Source of the DNA: Gammaproteobacteria bacterium
GTDB taxonomy: Bacteria; Pseudomonadota; Gammaproteobacteria; Steroidobacterales; Foliamicaceae
NCBI GenBank assembly: GCA_965115835.1
Contig: OZ220471.1
Coordinates: forward strand, 1,095,037-1,159,036
Direction of reading: 5' to 3'
Length of the DNA: 64,000 nucleotides
A program made the position numbers and the translations under genes. Position 1 is the first letter of the stretch, and each line of letters begins with the position of its first letter. The notes under the pieces were generated by a model. It was not told the origin of the DNA. It did not search any database and saw only the letters and a list, made by a program, of their open reading frames with translations. This document shows positions 18,780-28,623 of this stretch, piece after piece.

Positions 18780-19460
18780 GTGCATCACAGGCGCCGCAAC
18801 GGATGGAGGAGAGCCTTCGATCCCGGGTTGTGGCGGGCGGCTCGCGCCGTCGGGATGGTGGGCGCGGCGTCGATGGCGATCCTTGCCTGCGCGGTCGCAT
18901 TGGCGCGGGATACCACGGGGCATGACTGGTACGCGGCTGTCAGGATTACGACCGCCGACCTTTTGATCGCTGTCGGCTTCGACGAAGACGCGCCAGTCGA
19001 ATACCGCAGGGCGGACGGATCTGTCGAGACCGTCAGCCGCTTCGGTCTCACAGTCACTTTGGAGGCTCGCTGGGCGCGGGAGGATATTCTGGAGACGGCC
19101 TGGGACGGGGCGACGCTGGGGGCGTTGTCCGGGTTGGGCGGCGCGCTGCTTTGTCTGGCGCAGATCTGGGGGCGGAGGGACGAGCGCCGAACCGGGCGCC
19201 CCGCATACGAACAGGCGATTGCGCAGGAGCCCGAAGCGCAGGAGGGACTGTCCTTGTCGAGGGAAAGGCTGGCCTCCGCACCGCCATCGCCCGCACCGGG
19301 CTTTGCATCGGCGGCCCCCTCGCCCGAAGCCACCGTTCTGCGTCCCGGGAAACCGGATGCCGTGGGCGCGGGATGCAACGAAACCGCCAGCGGCAAGAAC
19401 GACGACTCGGTGCCTGCCCGTCATACAAAGCCAAAGCGCGACTACGGGCGCTGGCTCTGA
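18780..19460 (+). CDS. hypothetical two-transmembrane protein translationally coupled to the relaxase
   Basis: Two hydrophobic segments (AVGMVGAASMAILACAVALA and LGALSGLGGALLCLAQIW). The stop overlaps the relaxase ATG (TGATG). The C-terminal half is duplicated at 17290-17700. The start codon is uncertain. Confidence 0.5.
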   Translation: MHHRRRNGWRRAFDPGLWRAARAVGMVGAASMAILACAVALARDTTGHDWYAAVRITTADLLIAVGFDEDAPVEYRRADGSVETVSRFGLTVTLEARWAREDILETAWDGATLGALSGLGGALLCLAQIWGRRDERRTGRPAYEQAIAQEPEAQEGLSLSRERLASAPPSPAPGFASAAPSPEATVLRPGKPDAVGAGCNETASGKNDDSVPARHTKPKRDYGRWL

Positions 19461-22438
19461 TGGTCGCCTCGATCGGCGCAGTCGCAAGCCCGTCCCAGGG
19501 CGCCAGCTACTACGAGAGGGACGGCTACTACGCAAAGGACTCGCCCGAGCACCGGGAAGCGAGCATGTGGATGGGCCAGGGCGCGGAAGCGCTTGGCCTC
19601 GAAGGGACAGTCGATCCCGAGAGCTTCAAGACAGTGCTGGAGGGTGAAGTGCCGGACGGCTCCGGGAAACGCTTGGGCCGAAGGCTCGGCGAGGGCGAGA
19701 TCCGCTATCGTCCGGGCCGCGACCTGACTTTCTCGGCCCCGAAGTCCGTTTCTCTTGCCGCACTCGTCGGCGGCGACGAACGCATCGTCAAGGCCCACAG
19801 TCGGGCGGTCGAACACGCACTGGACTGGTTCGAGAAAAACGCTGCCGAGACCCGGGTGCAGGACGGGGCAACCGGACGCATGGGCCGGGCCGGAGACCAG
19901 AAGACGGTGATCGCCACCTTCCGCCACGAGACCTCCCGCAACCTCGACCCAGCGCTGCACACCCATTCGGTGATCGCCAACATGCTGCTCGGTCCCGACG
20001 GCAAGTGGCGGACGATGGCGAACGAGAGCCTGTATGCGTCGAAGATGCTGCTGGGCGCCATGTACAGGAGCGAACTTGCCGGGGAACTTGCGAAACTCGG
20101 CTATGGCATCGAGAAGACCCATGCGGACGGGCGGTTCGAGATCGCGGGCGTGCCGCGCGAGATCGTCGAGGCGTTCTCGACGCGCCGCGCCGAGATTGAG
20201 GCGGCGATGGAAGACCGGGGGCTGGGCAGCACGGCGGAGAACCCGCATTTGGCCCGTCGCGCGGCGCTGATGACGCGGGCGGCCAAGCGCGATATCGACC
20301 GGGAGGCGCTGGGCGAGACCTGGACGAAGCAGGCCGACAACCTCGGCTTCGACGCACGAGGGCTGGTGGCGGAAGCAAGGGAACACAGCCCCGGCGTGGA
20401 CGGTAAGGAACACAACGGCATCGACACCAGCACGAACGGGCCATCCGCGGCAGCGCTTCAGGCCGACCTGTTCGAGCAGGCAGCACTGGCCGGTCCGGCG
20501 CGAGAGGCGGTAGCCTGGGCGCTCGCGCATCTCTCGGAGCGCGACGCGGTGTTCGCGAAGAACGATTTGCTTGCCGCTGCCCTCGCCTACAGTCCGGGCG
20601 CCGCGTCCATCGGCGAGATTGAGCGGGTCGTTGACGGCCTCAAACGTGAAAGCCGCTTGTACGAGGCCCCGGCGCTCAAGGGTGGCGGCGGACTCACCAC
20701 CGACAGGGCGGTAGCCCAGGAGCGCGAGACGATCGCGCTGATGCAAGACGGCGCAGGCCGGGGCAAGGCCCCGATGCGCGGCTGGGTTGTTGATCGCCAC
20801 CTGCGCAAGGGGCCGCTCACAACCGGGCAGAGAGAAGCAGTGAAGCTCATCCTCTCGGAGAAAGACCGCACCGTCGGCGTACAGGGCTACGCCGGCACCG
20901 GCAAGACGCGGATGCTGAACCGCGCCCGTACGCTCGCTCAGAAAAAAGGTTGGCGCATGGTTGGGCTGGCGCCGTCGGCTTCGGCGGCGCAGACGCTGGC
21001 GGCGGAATCGGGCATCAAGAGCGAGACCTTGCAACGGTTCCTGGCAAGAAACGCAGGCGTCGCCGAGGGCCGACTCACGAAGAAGGGCGCGAGAGCGCTG
21101 CGTGCGGCTTTTGCGAAAACGGCCCTGGTGGTCGACGAAGGCTCTCTCGCTTCTACGGTCCAGGCCCGCGACCTGCTCCGGATCGCGCGCGAACTGCGCA
21201 TCCCGAAGCTGGTGCTGGTGGGGGATTCCAGGCAATTGGACGCCGTCGATGCCGGCAAGCCCTTTGCGCAGTTGCAGCAGGCGGGCATGAAAACCGCCGT
21301 CATGGACGAGATCATGCGCCAGCGCGATCCCGACCTGAAGGCCGCCGTCGAGGCCAGTCTTGCGGGTGAAATCGGCAAGGCGTTCGACAAGCTCGGCTCC
21401 AACGTGGCGGAAGTGAAGCCCGACAACATCGCGGGCGCGGTGGCCGCGCGCTGGCTGAAGCTATCTTCCGAGGAACGCGAGCGCACCGGGGTGATGGCCC
21501 CGAGTCATGAATTGCGCGAGGGGATCAACGCCCATATCCGGGAACGCCTCGCCCGCGAGGGTCGCATTACCGGTCCGGCCCTGCAAACCCAGCGACTGGT
21601 CTCGAAGGGTTACACCCGAGCGGAGAAAGCGCTGGCCGCCAACTACGCGCCCGGCGATGTGGTCGCCTTTCACCGTCCCTACAAGCGTCTCGGAGTCGAG
21701 AAGGGCGACGAGCGTCGTGTCGAGCGTGTCGATCACGAAAACCGGACCGTACATCTCAACGCCCCGAACGGTTCGACCGTTGCCTGGAAGCCGTCACAGA
21801 TCGGCGGACGGCAGGGCGGGAGCGAGGTCTTCCGGTCCGAGACCATCGAACTTCGCGCCGGCGATCGTATCCGCTGGACCCGCAACGACAAGGGACTCGG
21901 ACTGGTCAACAGCGGCACGGCCGAGGTGGTGGGCGTACGCAAAGGGCGGGTGACGTTCCTGTTGGAGGAAGGGCGCAAGCTCACGCTGACCCCGGGCGAC
22001 CCGCAACTGCGGCATCTCGACCGCGCCTGGGCCTCGACCGTGCATGCTTTCCAGGGGCGCACGGTCGATAACGTGATTGCCGCGATGGAGGCGAACCATC
22101 CTCGGTTGACCACCGCCAAGGCGTTCTATGTCGAGATCAGCCGCGCCCGCGACCGGGCGGAACTGGTCACCGATGATGCGCAGGCGCTCAGGGAACGGCT
22201 CGAAGCGGTGACCGGCGAGCGCATCTCCGCGCTTGAAGGGATCGGCGAAAGCACGCAGCCGGAGCACGAATACGACCATGGAAAAGACGGGAAAGACAAG
22301 TCCGGCGTCGAACAACCGATCCCGGAGGCATCCGCGCCGCCCCCGCCGGAGAGAAAAATCGAGCCGTCAATACCCCGTGACAGGGTGCCCGAGCCGCCTG
22401 CCCGCGAGAAGCACATTGAGATGGACATGGGGCTTTGA
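19460..22438 (+). CDS. MobF-family conjugative relaxase/helicase (TrwC/TraI-like)
   Basis: Relaxase domain: GASYYERDGYYAKD (catalytic Tyr region) and the His triad FRHETSRNLDPALHTHSVIAN. RecD-like helicase: GVQGYAGTGKTRML (Walker A), LVVDEGSL (Walker B), VLVGDSRQLDAVDAGKPF, TVHAFQGRTVD. Confidence 0.9.
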   Translation: MVASIGAVASPSQGASYYERDGYYAKDSPEHREASMWMGQGAEALGLEGTVDPESFKTVLEGEVPDGSGKRLGRRLGEGEIRYRPGRDLTFSAPKSVSLAALVGGDERIVKAHSRAVEHALDWFEKNAAETRVQDGATGRMGRAGDQKTVIATFRHETSRNLDPALHTHSVIANMLLGPDGKWRTMANESLYASKMLLGAMYRSELAGELAKLGYGIEKTHADGRFEIAGVPREIVEAFSTRRAEIEAAMEDRGLGSTAENPHLARRAALMTRAAKRDIDREALGETWTKQADNLGFDARGLVAEAREHSPGVDGKEHNGIDTSTNGPSAAALQADLFEQAALAGPAREAVAWALAHLSERDAVFAKNDLLAAALAYSPGAASIGEIERVVDGLKRESRLYEAPALKGGGGLTTDRAVAQERETIALMQDGAGRGKAPMRGWVVDRHLRKGPLTTGQREAVKLILSEKDRTVGVQGYAGTGKTRMLNRARTLAQKKGWRMVGLAPSASAAQTLAAESGIKSETLQRFLARNAGVAEGRLTKKGARALRAAFAKTALVVDEGSLASTVQARDLLRIARELRIPKLVLVGDSRQLDAVDAGKPFAQLQQAGMKTAVMDEIMRQRDPDLKAAVEASLAGEIGKAFDKLGSNVAEVKPDNIAGAVAARWLKLSSEERERTGVMAPSHELREGINAHIRERLAREGRITGPALQTQRLVSKGYTRAEKALAANYAPGDVVAFHRPYKRLGVEKGDERRVERVDHENRTVHLNAPNGSTVAWKPSQIGGRQGGSEVFRSETIELRAGDRIRWTRNDKGLGLVNSGTAEVVGVRKGRVTFLLEEGRKLTLTPGDPQLRHLDRAWASTVHAFQGRTVDNVIAAMEANHPRLTTAKAFYVEISRARDRAELVTDDAQALRERLEAVTGERISALEGIGESTQPEHEYDHGKDGKDKSGVEQPIPEASAPPPPERKIEPSIPRDRVPEPPAREKHIEMDMGL

Positions 22439-22650
22439 GCAAGGGTCCTATGCGATCCCGAACGGCTACCGGCATATGCTTTTGCTTGGCACGACCGGTA
22501 CCGGAAAACAACTCTCGTGCGTCAGCTCATCGGCACCGCCCCGGCGAAGGAACGGTTTCCTTACGACCTCGACTTCGAAGACTGACCTGCCCCAGCGTCG
22601 CTTTCCTATTCACTTCATGTTGCCTGCTGATAGCATCCCTGCCATGGGAC

Positions 22651-23838
22651 ATGCAAGCGAGCGCCATCATGTTGATTACCGAAAAAGAAATACGGCCCCG
22701 CTTTCTGAAGCATCTTTCCTGGGCAACCGAAATTGATATTGCCACCGCCTGGACCACAAGCAACAAGGCATTGTGCGCTTTGCAGCAACGGGCGCCGGCC
22801 CCTGAGGTCCGCGCCATCGTGGGCCTCTGGGGCAACCTGACCGATCCCTTTGCCCTGAGAATGCTCGCCAACATTGGCCAACTTCGCGGCGCCGACTCGA
22901 CTCGGCGTTTTCACCCGAAAGTGTTTCTGTTCCGCGATGGCGAAAGGCAGGTAGCCTGGGTCGGAAGCGCAAATTTCACATCTGGCGGCTTTGGCATGAA
23001 TGAAGAGGCCATGTTCGAAACTCATGACACTCAATCTGTACAGAGCTGGTTCGATCACCTTTGGGAATACTGCAATCCATTGGACGGCGATGCCATCGAT
23101 GTCTATGCCGAGTCCCGTGACAAGTCGAGAAAGAATAGTCCGCCACCGCTTCGCCCCGCCAAGCCGCCAAATCTATCTCCCATGCAACTACTCGAAAAAA
23201 CAAATGACTGGCCAAGCTACGTCGCGGCATTGGAGCAGTGCGACGTTTGGTGGAGCAGTCGTCATTCGTGGTCCGTCTTGGGCGACCATAGCAGCTGGCG
23301 AGAAACCGTCGAGGTGCTGCACGACATGATCCGCCAGCAGGACTGGAACAAGCTCGACAAGTACGACCGTAATCGTTTGCTCGGATCGACTCGCGACGAG
23401 GGTTGGGCCTTGCTCGGTCGCATGTGGCACACCGCCCGGAATACAGTGTTCGGAGACAGAAGGGAAGAAATTCAGAACATCGTGCACACCGTCCTTGACG
23501 CTGAAGATGCCGCCTTCCCTCAGTTGGCATTTGAATCCTATGCCGCCCTCTGGGAAATTTATGGCGTAGGCTCTGGAATTGCGACGAGACTGCTTACCCT
23601 TGCCCGGCCTGATCGATTTGTTTCGCTGAACAAGGCATCAAGAGCAGGCTTGGCAAAGTTCTCCCGTCTGAAGCCCACCACCCTTGACAAACCAAGCAAC
23701 TACGCCCTTCTTCTCACCGCCATCTACGATCAGGATTGGTATACGGCGCCAATTCCGGGAAACATGCGCGAACGCGCTATCTTCCAGATGCGAGTCGCGT
23801 TGTTGGACTCATTCGTCTACGACCACAAAAAAGGATGA
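22651..23838 (+). CDS. single-HKD phospholipase-D-family (Nuc-like) nuclease domain protein with a C-terminal HhH-like domain
   Basis: HKD motif FHPKVFLFRDGERQVAWVGSANFTSGG. The C-terminal part has a helix-hairpin-helix-like IYGVGSGIATRLLTLARPDRFVSLN. The start is uncertain (ATG at 22651 or 22669; the track ORF start at 22435 overlaps the relaxase stop). Confidence 0.75.
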   Translation: MQASAIMLITEKEIRPRFLKHLSWATEIDIATAWTTSNKALCALQQRAPAPEVRAIVGLWGNLTDPFALRMLANIGQLRGADSTRRFHPKVFLFRDGERQVAWVGSANFTSGGFGMNEEAMFETHDTQSVQSWFDHLWEYCNPLDGDAIDVYAESRDKSRKNSPPPLRPAKPPNLSPMQLLEKTNDWPSYVAALEQCDVWWSSRHSWSVLGDHSSWRETVEVLHDMIRQQDWNKLDKYDRNRLLGSTRDEGWALLGRMWHTARNTVFGDRREEIQNIVHTVLDAEDAAFPQLAFESYAALWEIYGVGSGIATRLLTLARPDRFVSLNKASRAGLAKFSRLKPTTLDKPSNYALLLTAIYDQDWYTAPIPGNMRERAIFQMRVALLDSFVYDHKKG

Positions 23839-23886
23839 CTGATAATCATTCCCGGCGATAGCTTCAGTATGCCTTCAAGGACCAGC

Positions 23887-24022
23887 CCGGCGTCGAACAA
23901 CCGATCCCGGAGGCATCCGCGCCGTCCCCGCCGGAGAGAAAAATCGGGCCGACAATGCCCCGCGACAAGGTGCCCGAGCCGCCTGCTCGCGAAAAACACA
24001 TCGAGATGGATCTCGGCCTCTG
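23887..24022 (+). pseudogene. relic copy of a relaxase 3' end
   Basis: 23887-24022 aligns with 22303-22438 at roughly 85-90% identity. Translation ...GVEQPIPEASAPSPPERKIGPTMPRDKVPEPPAREKHIEMDLGL* versus ...GVEQPIPEASAPPPPERKIEPSIPRDRVPEPPAREKHIEMDMGL*. Confidence 0.65.
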
Positions 24023-24237
24023 ACCTATGGCGCATCTTGTCTTCTGATATCTCCGCAACATCATCATCATTTGGCATTCGTGTTGACGGCTACCGCGAAA
24101 GTCAGGCGGCAATGCCTGGGTCGACGCAATCCCGATTCTCACACTCCCCAATTGGCAGCTTCAGGCATATATTGCTGTCGCGCCAAACAGCCATGAAGCT
24201 TGGGAACGCGTGATACCGGTTTTGCCATTGAGGGAAA

Positions 24238-24720
24238 CTACGGAAACATCCAGAATCCGATGACACCCCACGATACAACGGTCAACAAGACGGCTGCCCA
24301 GTTTGAGAGTAGATCTGCCCCCCTTCTAACAAGAGGTTCAGCATCGCTCCACTCAATCTTCAAATACTTCGTTCCGCTAATGAACTGTGCCTGATTCTGC
24401 TCGACCTTCCCATCGTCTCGCAGGTGGAAATATCTCACGACATACCAATACACATGGGCAAGAACTGCCGTTGCGCCGAGAACGCGTACGCCCCATTCAT
24501 TCGATGGTTGTACGCCGAAAATCTCGAGATCTTGCGGGTTCGCGCCCGCTGCTTCGGACACGACTACAACACTTGCAAGCGCCAGAATGTTCCGTCGGCA
24601 TGCTCTTGCGCCGTCTGGCTCAATCAGCCTCTCGGGGATACTTCTTGCATGTTTTCGGTCCCGCGGCGGGTACACGCGCTCCAGGCCGAGCAAAAGAAAC
24701 AGAATCCGGCGCACTTTCAT
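24238..24720 (-). CDS. hypothetical membrane protein (160 aa)
   Basis: ORF in a lower-GC patch. Hydrophobic segments: ILALASVVVVSEAAG, VLGATAVLAHVYWYVV, NWAAVLLTVVSWGVIGFWMF. No family recognised. Confidence 0.4.
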   Translation of the reverse strand: MKVRRILFLLLGLERVYPPRDRKHARSIPERLIEPDGARACRRNILALASVVVVSEAAGANPQDLEIFGVQPSNEWGVRVLGATAVLAHVYWYVVRYFHLRDDGKVEQNQAQFISGTKYLKIEWSDAEPLVRRGADLLSNWAAVLLTVVSWGVIGFWMFP

Positions 24721-24820
24721 TTGCCCCTATTGTGCTCTTCCACCTGCACAACTGACAGAGTCAAGGAATACCCGGGTTCGATAAAGGGCGCGACCCGGCA
24801 CGATACATGACGGAAATCGC

Positions 24821-25207
24821 TCACGCCGCGCTTTCATTCATTGTCTGGATCATCGTTGTTTGAGCGGCGGCGATGAGGTCTTCGAGTTCCTTTTCCCGCC
24901 GAGCGTCGAGCAATTCATCCTGGTCGAGCGTGGCCATCACATAGACGAAGCGGTAGATTGCCTCGATCAGCGCTGCGTGACCCTTCGACAAGGTAGCTGG
25001 GGGAGGCTCGCCAAGGCGGTTCTCGGCGGCAGCAACCGCGCCCGAACGTACAAGTTCGCCGACGGGAATGCCGCGCCGCGCAGCAGCTTGTTCGATCAGA
25101 TTCCACTCGGAATCGGAGAAGCGGATTGATCGCGAACGGCGCGCATCGCTCTGGTTATCGTCGCGTTTGCTTCCGCTTTCGTGATGGTTCCGGTCGTTTT
25201 CCACCAT
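24821..25207 (-). CDS. ribbon-helix-helix / MobC-like protein (copy B)
   Basis: ...SRSIRFSDSEWNLIEQAAARRGIPVGELVRSGAV... fits the RHH/MobC-type pattern. It is adjacent to the palindrome cluster and the oriT-like block. Confidence 0.6.
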   Translation of the reverse strand: MVENDRNHHESGSKRDDNQSDARRSRSIRFSDSEWNLIEQAAARRGIPVGELVRSGAVAAAENRLGEPPPATLSKGHAALIEAIYRFVYVMATLDQDELLDARREKELEDLIAAAQTTMIQTMNESAA

Positions 25208-25425
25208 TCTTGCAGCCCTCTTCAGGTCAATTCTTGAGCTATTTTCACGCAGTTTCCTGCCTGAAAACGTATGCCGACATGCTGCTTTCGGTCGAAACTG
25301 TCATGCTCGAACAGCCCATCAAGACCCTTCCCACGCAGTCTTTCAATTGAGATTCCGCCAAGGGTTACGAGACTCCCAACCCCGCCCGAGACCCGGATCC
25401 AAGCCTCAAAGGGGTGTGTTTTTCC

Positions 25426-25576
25426 GTATGCTCAGAGCATACATTCCGCTTACAGAGCGTACTACATCGTAGTACGCCCCGTAGTACGGCGCAGTCAATC
25501 TGACTGCTCGCCGCGGCATACGCCGACAGGGCCGCGCGGCGGCATGACGATCCGGTGTAGTACAAAACGACTACAC
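25426..25576. repeat. cluster of four perfect palindromes sharing GTAGTAC/GTACTAC half-sites
   Basis: GTATGCTC-A-GAGCATAC (25426-25442); GCGTACTAC-ATC-GTAGTACGC (25457-25477) plus an extra GTAGTAC at 25481; GCAGTCA-ATC-TGACTGC (25491-25507); GTGTAGT-ACAAAACG-ACTACAC (25555-25576). Confidence 0.7.
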
Positions 25577-25606
25577 TCGCCCCGCAACAGGCCTGAGCGC
25601 CTGTGG

Positions 25607-25677
25607 CGTTGAAACGGCAGGGGATACAGGACAGGCGCGCGCCCGGGGCACAAGGCAGCGTGCTGCGTCCGGTGTGA
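25607..25677 (+). promoter_or_regulatory. candidate oriT core (copy B): conserved block, hairpin and nic-like motif
   Basis: Same conserved block as 3108-3178. Hairpin GCAGC-GT-GCTGC (25655-25666), followed by GCGTCCGGTGTGAGG. This has the GCGTnnGGTGTG pattern of F/R100-type nic regions as I recall them. Confidence 0.5.
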
Positions 25678-26487
25678 GGGTAAAGCTCCGCATGGAGTCG
25701 AGATTGGGCGAAGTTGTCCTGCACACCACTACCGCCTGAAACGCCGGCGTCACAAGGGATGGGAGCCGTCGCGGCGCTTGAGCGAGACGACCGGTCCGCG
25801 ATCTTCGAGTGCGTTCCGCGTTGTCTGTTCGCGAGTCAAGGTAACAGAGCGGGTTGCGCAGCGGAACAGGCAACGCGATTCATCACACGGCGCGCACCGA
25901 TGTTCCCTCACCGCAGACGTTTCGTCTCACATGTTCCATACACTCAACGAGCGTATGACACATGTTCCCGTAGTGCATCGGTGAACGGAGACGGCGCCGG
26001 TATTGCTGGCGATGCGGTCTCCATTCACTTGTTACCGCGAACGCAGAGGTCATGAGACACACGTTACCGCAGCGTGAGTTGCGCGGGTACGGTGACGGTT
26101 GCATGGGCTGTTGTGTGAAGCACATGATCGGACACGGTGACGGCAGCGCCTGCAGAGGAGACCCGACACAGTTTGCGGCAACAGTGCGTATAGAGCGGTG
26201 CGGGATGCCGGTGAACGGCGAAGCCGTCACCGGCGACGCGCAGAAAGAACGAACAAGTGCGCCGAGGCAATGGCCGATGTTGGCGCAACCAACGAGGGCG
26301 AGCCTGGCGAACGCCGCGACAGCGAGCAAGGCGCGAAGCGCCGACGCGAGTGGTGGCCGATATGCAATGGGCAGTGTGGATGTTGTCAGCACGGCGCTGC
26401 CTGCACTGCCGTGCCGGGTTGTGGCGTACGCAATGAACGGACCCGCGTCGCCTTCGATAACGACGCGGGCCCGTGAAGGCGTTGCGG

Positions 26488-27414
26488 TCATGCGACGGGC
26501 ACAACCATGACGGGGATGCCCATCGACTTCGCCTTGTCGATCAGGTTGCCGGTGATGCCGTTGCCGGGGAACGCGATCACGCCCTTCGGCAGCAGGTTCA
26601 GCAGTTCGTCGTTGCGCCGGAACGGGGCGGCACGTCCGTGCGCGTTCCAGTCCGGCTTGCAGACCACCTGGTGAACGCCGTGCTGTTCGGCCCACTGCGC
26701 GGCGATCTTCTCGACGCCGGGGCCGCCGCCGTGCACGAGCACCATGTCGGGATACTTCGCGCGCGCCTTGTCGAGGCTGCCGAAGACGGCGGCGGGGTTC
26801 GCGTCCTTGCCGCCGGCGACGGCGACGAGCGTTCCCTCGGGCAGATGCGCGCGGGTCTCGCGTTCCTTCCTGGCGCGCAGGAAGTCGCGGGCGTCGATGG
26901 CAGCGGAGGTGAGCTTGCCGGTGTGGCTGGTATGGCTGCCGCGCCTCGGACGCCAGACTTCGCCGGTCTCGGCGCGGTAGGCATCGGCGGCCGTGTCGCG
27001 CAGTCTCTCGAACGCATCGCGTCGGTCGCCGAGGTTGCGCGCGCGGTCGGTGACGAGTTCCAGTTCGCGGGCGTTGATCTCGGTGCCGTCCTGTGCGGCT
27101 TGCAGGTCGCGGAGCTTCGGGGTGAGCCGGTCGACACTGCGGTCGAGTCGTCTCATCTGTGCGTCGAGGGCGTTGACGATGCCCCACAGCAGGCTTTCGC
27201 GTTCGTCGGCGATCTGCCAGCCGTCGGGCGCGATGCCTTCGGCAAGGATGCGGAAGGCATCGCTTACTGCTGTGACAGCCCGGTCGCGGTCCCAGATTTC
27301 GCGGGGGTCGAACTCTCCGCGTTCGGGGGTGGCGCCGTAGAGCGCGGCGTTTTCGCAAACGACGGCGGTCGGGGAGTGCGCCTGGTGTGTGGTGATGTTG
27401 TCGATGTTTTGCAT
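26488..27414 (-). CDS. DUF2493/SLOG-like protein (copy B)
   Basis: Start MQNIDNITTHQ at 27414 with GGAGA upstream. It is collinear with 4186-5106 over its whole length (...MVLVHGGGPGVEKIAAQWAEQHGVHQVVCKPDWNAHGRAAPFRRNDELL...). Confidence 0.8.
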   Translation of the reverse strand: MQNIDNITTHQAHSPTAVVCENAALYGATPERGEFDPREIWDRDRAVTAVSDAFRILAEGIAPDGWQIADERESLLWGIVNALDAQMRRLDRSVDRLTPKLRDLQAAQDGTEINARELELVTDRARNLGDRRDAFERLRDTAADAYRAETGEVWRPRRGSHTSHTGKLTSAAIDARDFLRARKERETRAHLPEGTLVAVAGGKDANPAAVFGSLDKARAKYPDMVLVHGGGPGVEKIAAQWAEQHGVHQVVCKPDWNAHGRAAPFRRNDELLNLLPKGVIAFPGNGITGNLIDKAKSMGIPVMVVPVA

Positions 27415-27685
27415 GATGATCTCCTTGCTTTTCGTGTAATAGGCCCTTGGCCCGGTAATGCCGTATGCGATGCTCGCTCCGGCGTATGTTTCATTGGGAC
27501 ACGCGCGCGCAACGAAGCCACCCGCGCAAGCGGGCCGGAACGCAGTGGAGGACCCCGAAGGGGTTGGCGAAGTGAGCACGTGTGGCACGATGGGACATAC
27601 AGAGGAGGGAGCTTTGTTCGGGGTGGGCAAAGCTTCTTGAGAACCTCCGGCCTCGTGCGCCAGCGCCGCAGCGGGACGGCTGTTT

Positions 27686-27913
27686 TCATCGATACGGATG
27701 GGTCATCAGCCGCTGCTCGGCGACTTCGCGGATGCGGGAACGGTCGCGCACCGTAACCCAGCCCCGGGGGTCGTCCTCAAGCAGGACGAGGTAGACCCGC
27801 CGTCCGGGTTCGCGGGCGTCGTCGTGGGCATGGACATCGCCGACGTATGCGCCGTTGGCGTCGTGGATGCGGGATTCGTCGGGACTGACCCGCTTGAAGG
27901 TGATGTTGCTCAT
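27686..27913 (-). CDS. small conserved hypothetical protein (75 aa, copy B)
   Basis: Paralogue of 5511-5741. ATG at 27913 preceded by GGAGAA. Confidence 0.55.
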   Translation of the reverse strand: MSNITFKRVSPDESRIHDANGAYVGDVHAHDDAREPGRRVYLVLLEDDPRGWVTVRDRSRIREVAEQRLMTHPYR

Positions 27914-28094
27914 TGGGTTCTCCGGGTAACGTGACAGGCGCGCGAGCGGACTCCCTCTCCTCTCCGCGCGGTTCACCCGCTTTTCAGCCTCGCTCCCGCG
28001 TATGTGCCGTGGCGAGACTCGAACCGGTCTGCATAAAGAAAGGGGACCGGCGCAGCGAAGCACCGGCCCCCTTGGGAGCGAGCGAAATGCGGTA

Positions 28095-28544
28095 TCAGAA
28101 CGGGATCTGGTCCGTGTCCGGGTTGGCGTCGCCGTCCGGAGCGGGCGAACCGTTGGCAGGCGCCTGGGCTTCCGCCGCCGCGCCGTTGCCGTTCGGCTTG
28201 TCCAGAAACTGGATGCGCGAACCGGGCGCCAGCAGTATCTCGGTCGAGAAGCGGTCCGAGTCCTCGCCTTCCTTGCGCCAGCGACGCGTCTGCATCTTGC
28301 CCGCGAGATAGACCAGACGGCCCTTCCTGGCGTGCTTGACCAGCATGTCGACCAGGCCCGGCTGGAACGTCATCGCCCGATGCCACTCGGTGCGGTCCAC
28401 CCGCTCACCGGAGTTACGGTCGATATAGCTCTCATCGGTCGCGATGCTCAGGTTGGCCACACGGCCCCCCGACACCAGGTTGTTGACTGTGACGTCGGCG
28501 CCGAGGCGACCGATGACTTCCGCGCGATTCAATCCAAAGCTCAT
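28095..28544 (-). CDS. ssb: single-stranded DNA-binding protein (intact copy)
   Basis: MSFGLNRAEVIGRLGADVTVNNLVSGGRVANLSIATDESY...TEWHRAMTF...GKMQTRRW...DQIPF shows the OB fold, a Gly/Ala/Pro linker and the acidic D-x-IPF tail. AAGGAGAA precedes the ATG. Confidence 0.9.
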   Translation of the reverse strand: MSFGLNRAEVIGRLGADVTVNNLVSGGRVANLSIATDESYIDRNSGERVDRTEWHRAMTFQPGLVDMLVKHARKGRLVYLAGKMQTRRWRKEGEDSDRFSTEILLAPGSRIQFLDKPNGNGAAAEAQAPANGSPAPDGDANPDTDQIPF

Positions 28545-28623
28545 GGGATTCTCCTTTTGCTGAATGATGACAATGGGTGAGTGAACGGCCAGGGAACCGG
28601 AGCCTCTCTCCGGCCCCTCCCGT

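Noticed and set aside
19442-21235. 597-aa ORF antisense to the relaxase, plus other nested ORFs in 19.4-22.5 kb
   Set aside because: These are high-GC shadow ORFs. The plus-strand frame carries the relaxase and helicase motifs.
25883-26491. 202-aa ORF starting with an ATGA overlap on the DUF2493-like stop
   Set aside because: The overlap is suggestive. However, the sequence is Cys/Pro/Arg/Ser-rich, is part of a 491-aa shadow frame, and has no counterpart in copy A. Two other frames are equally open. I treat the 25.7-26.5 kb stretch as non-coding or unknown.
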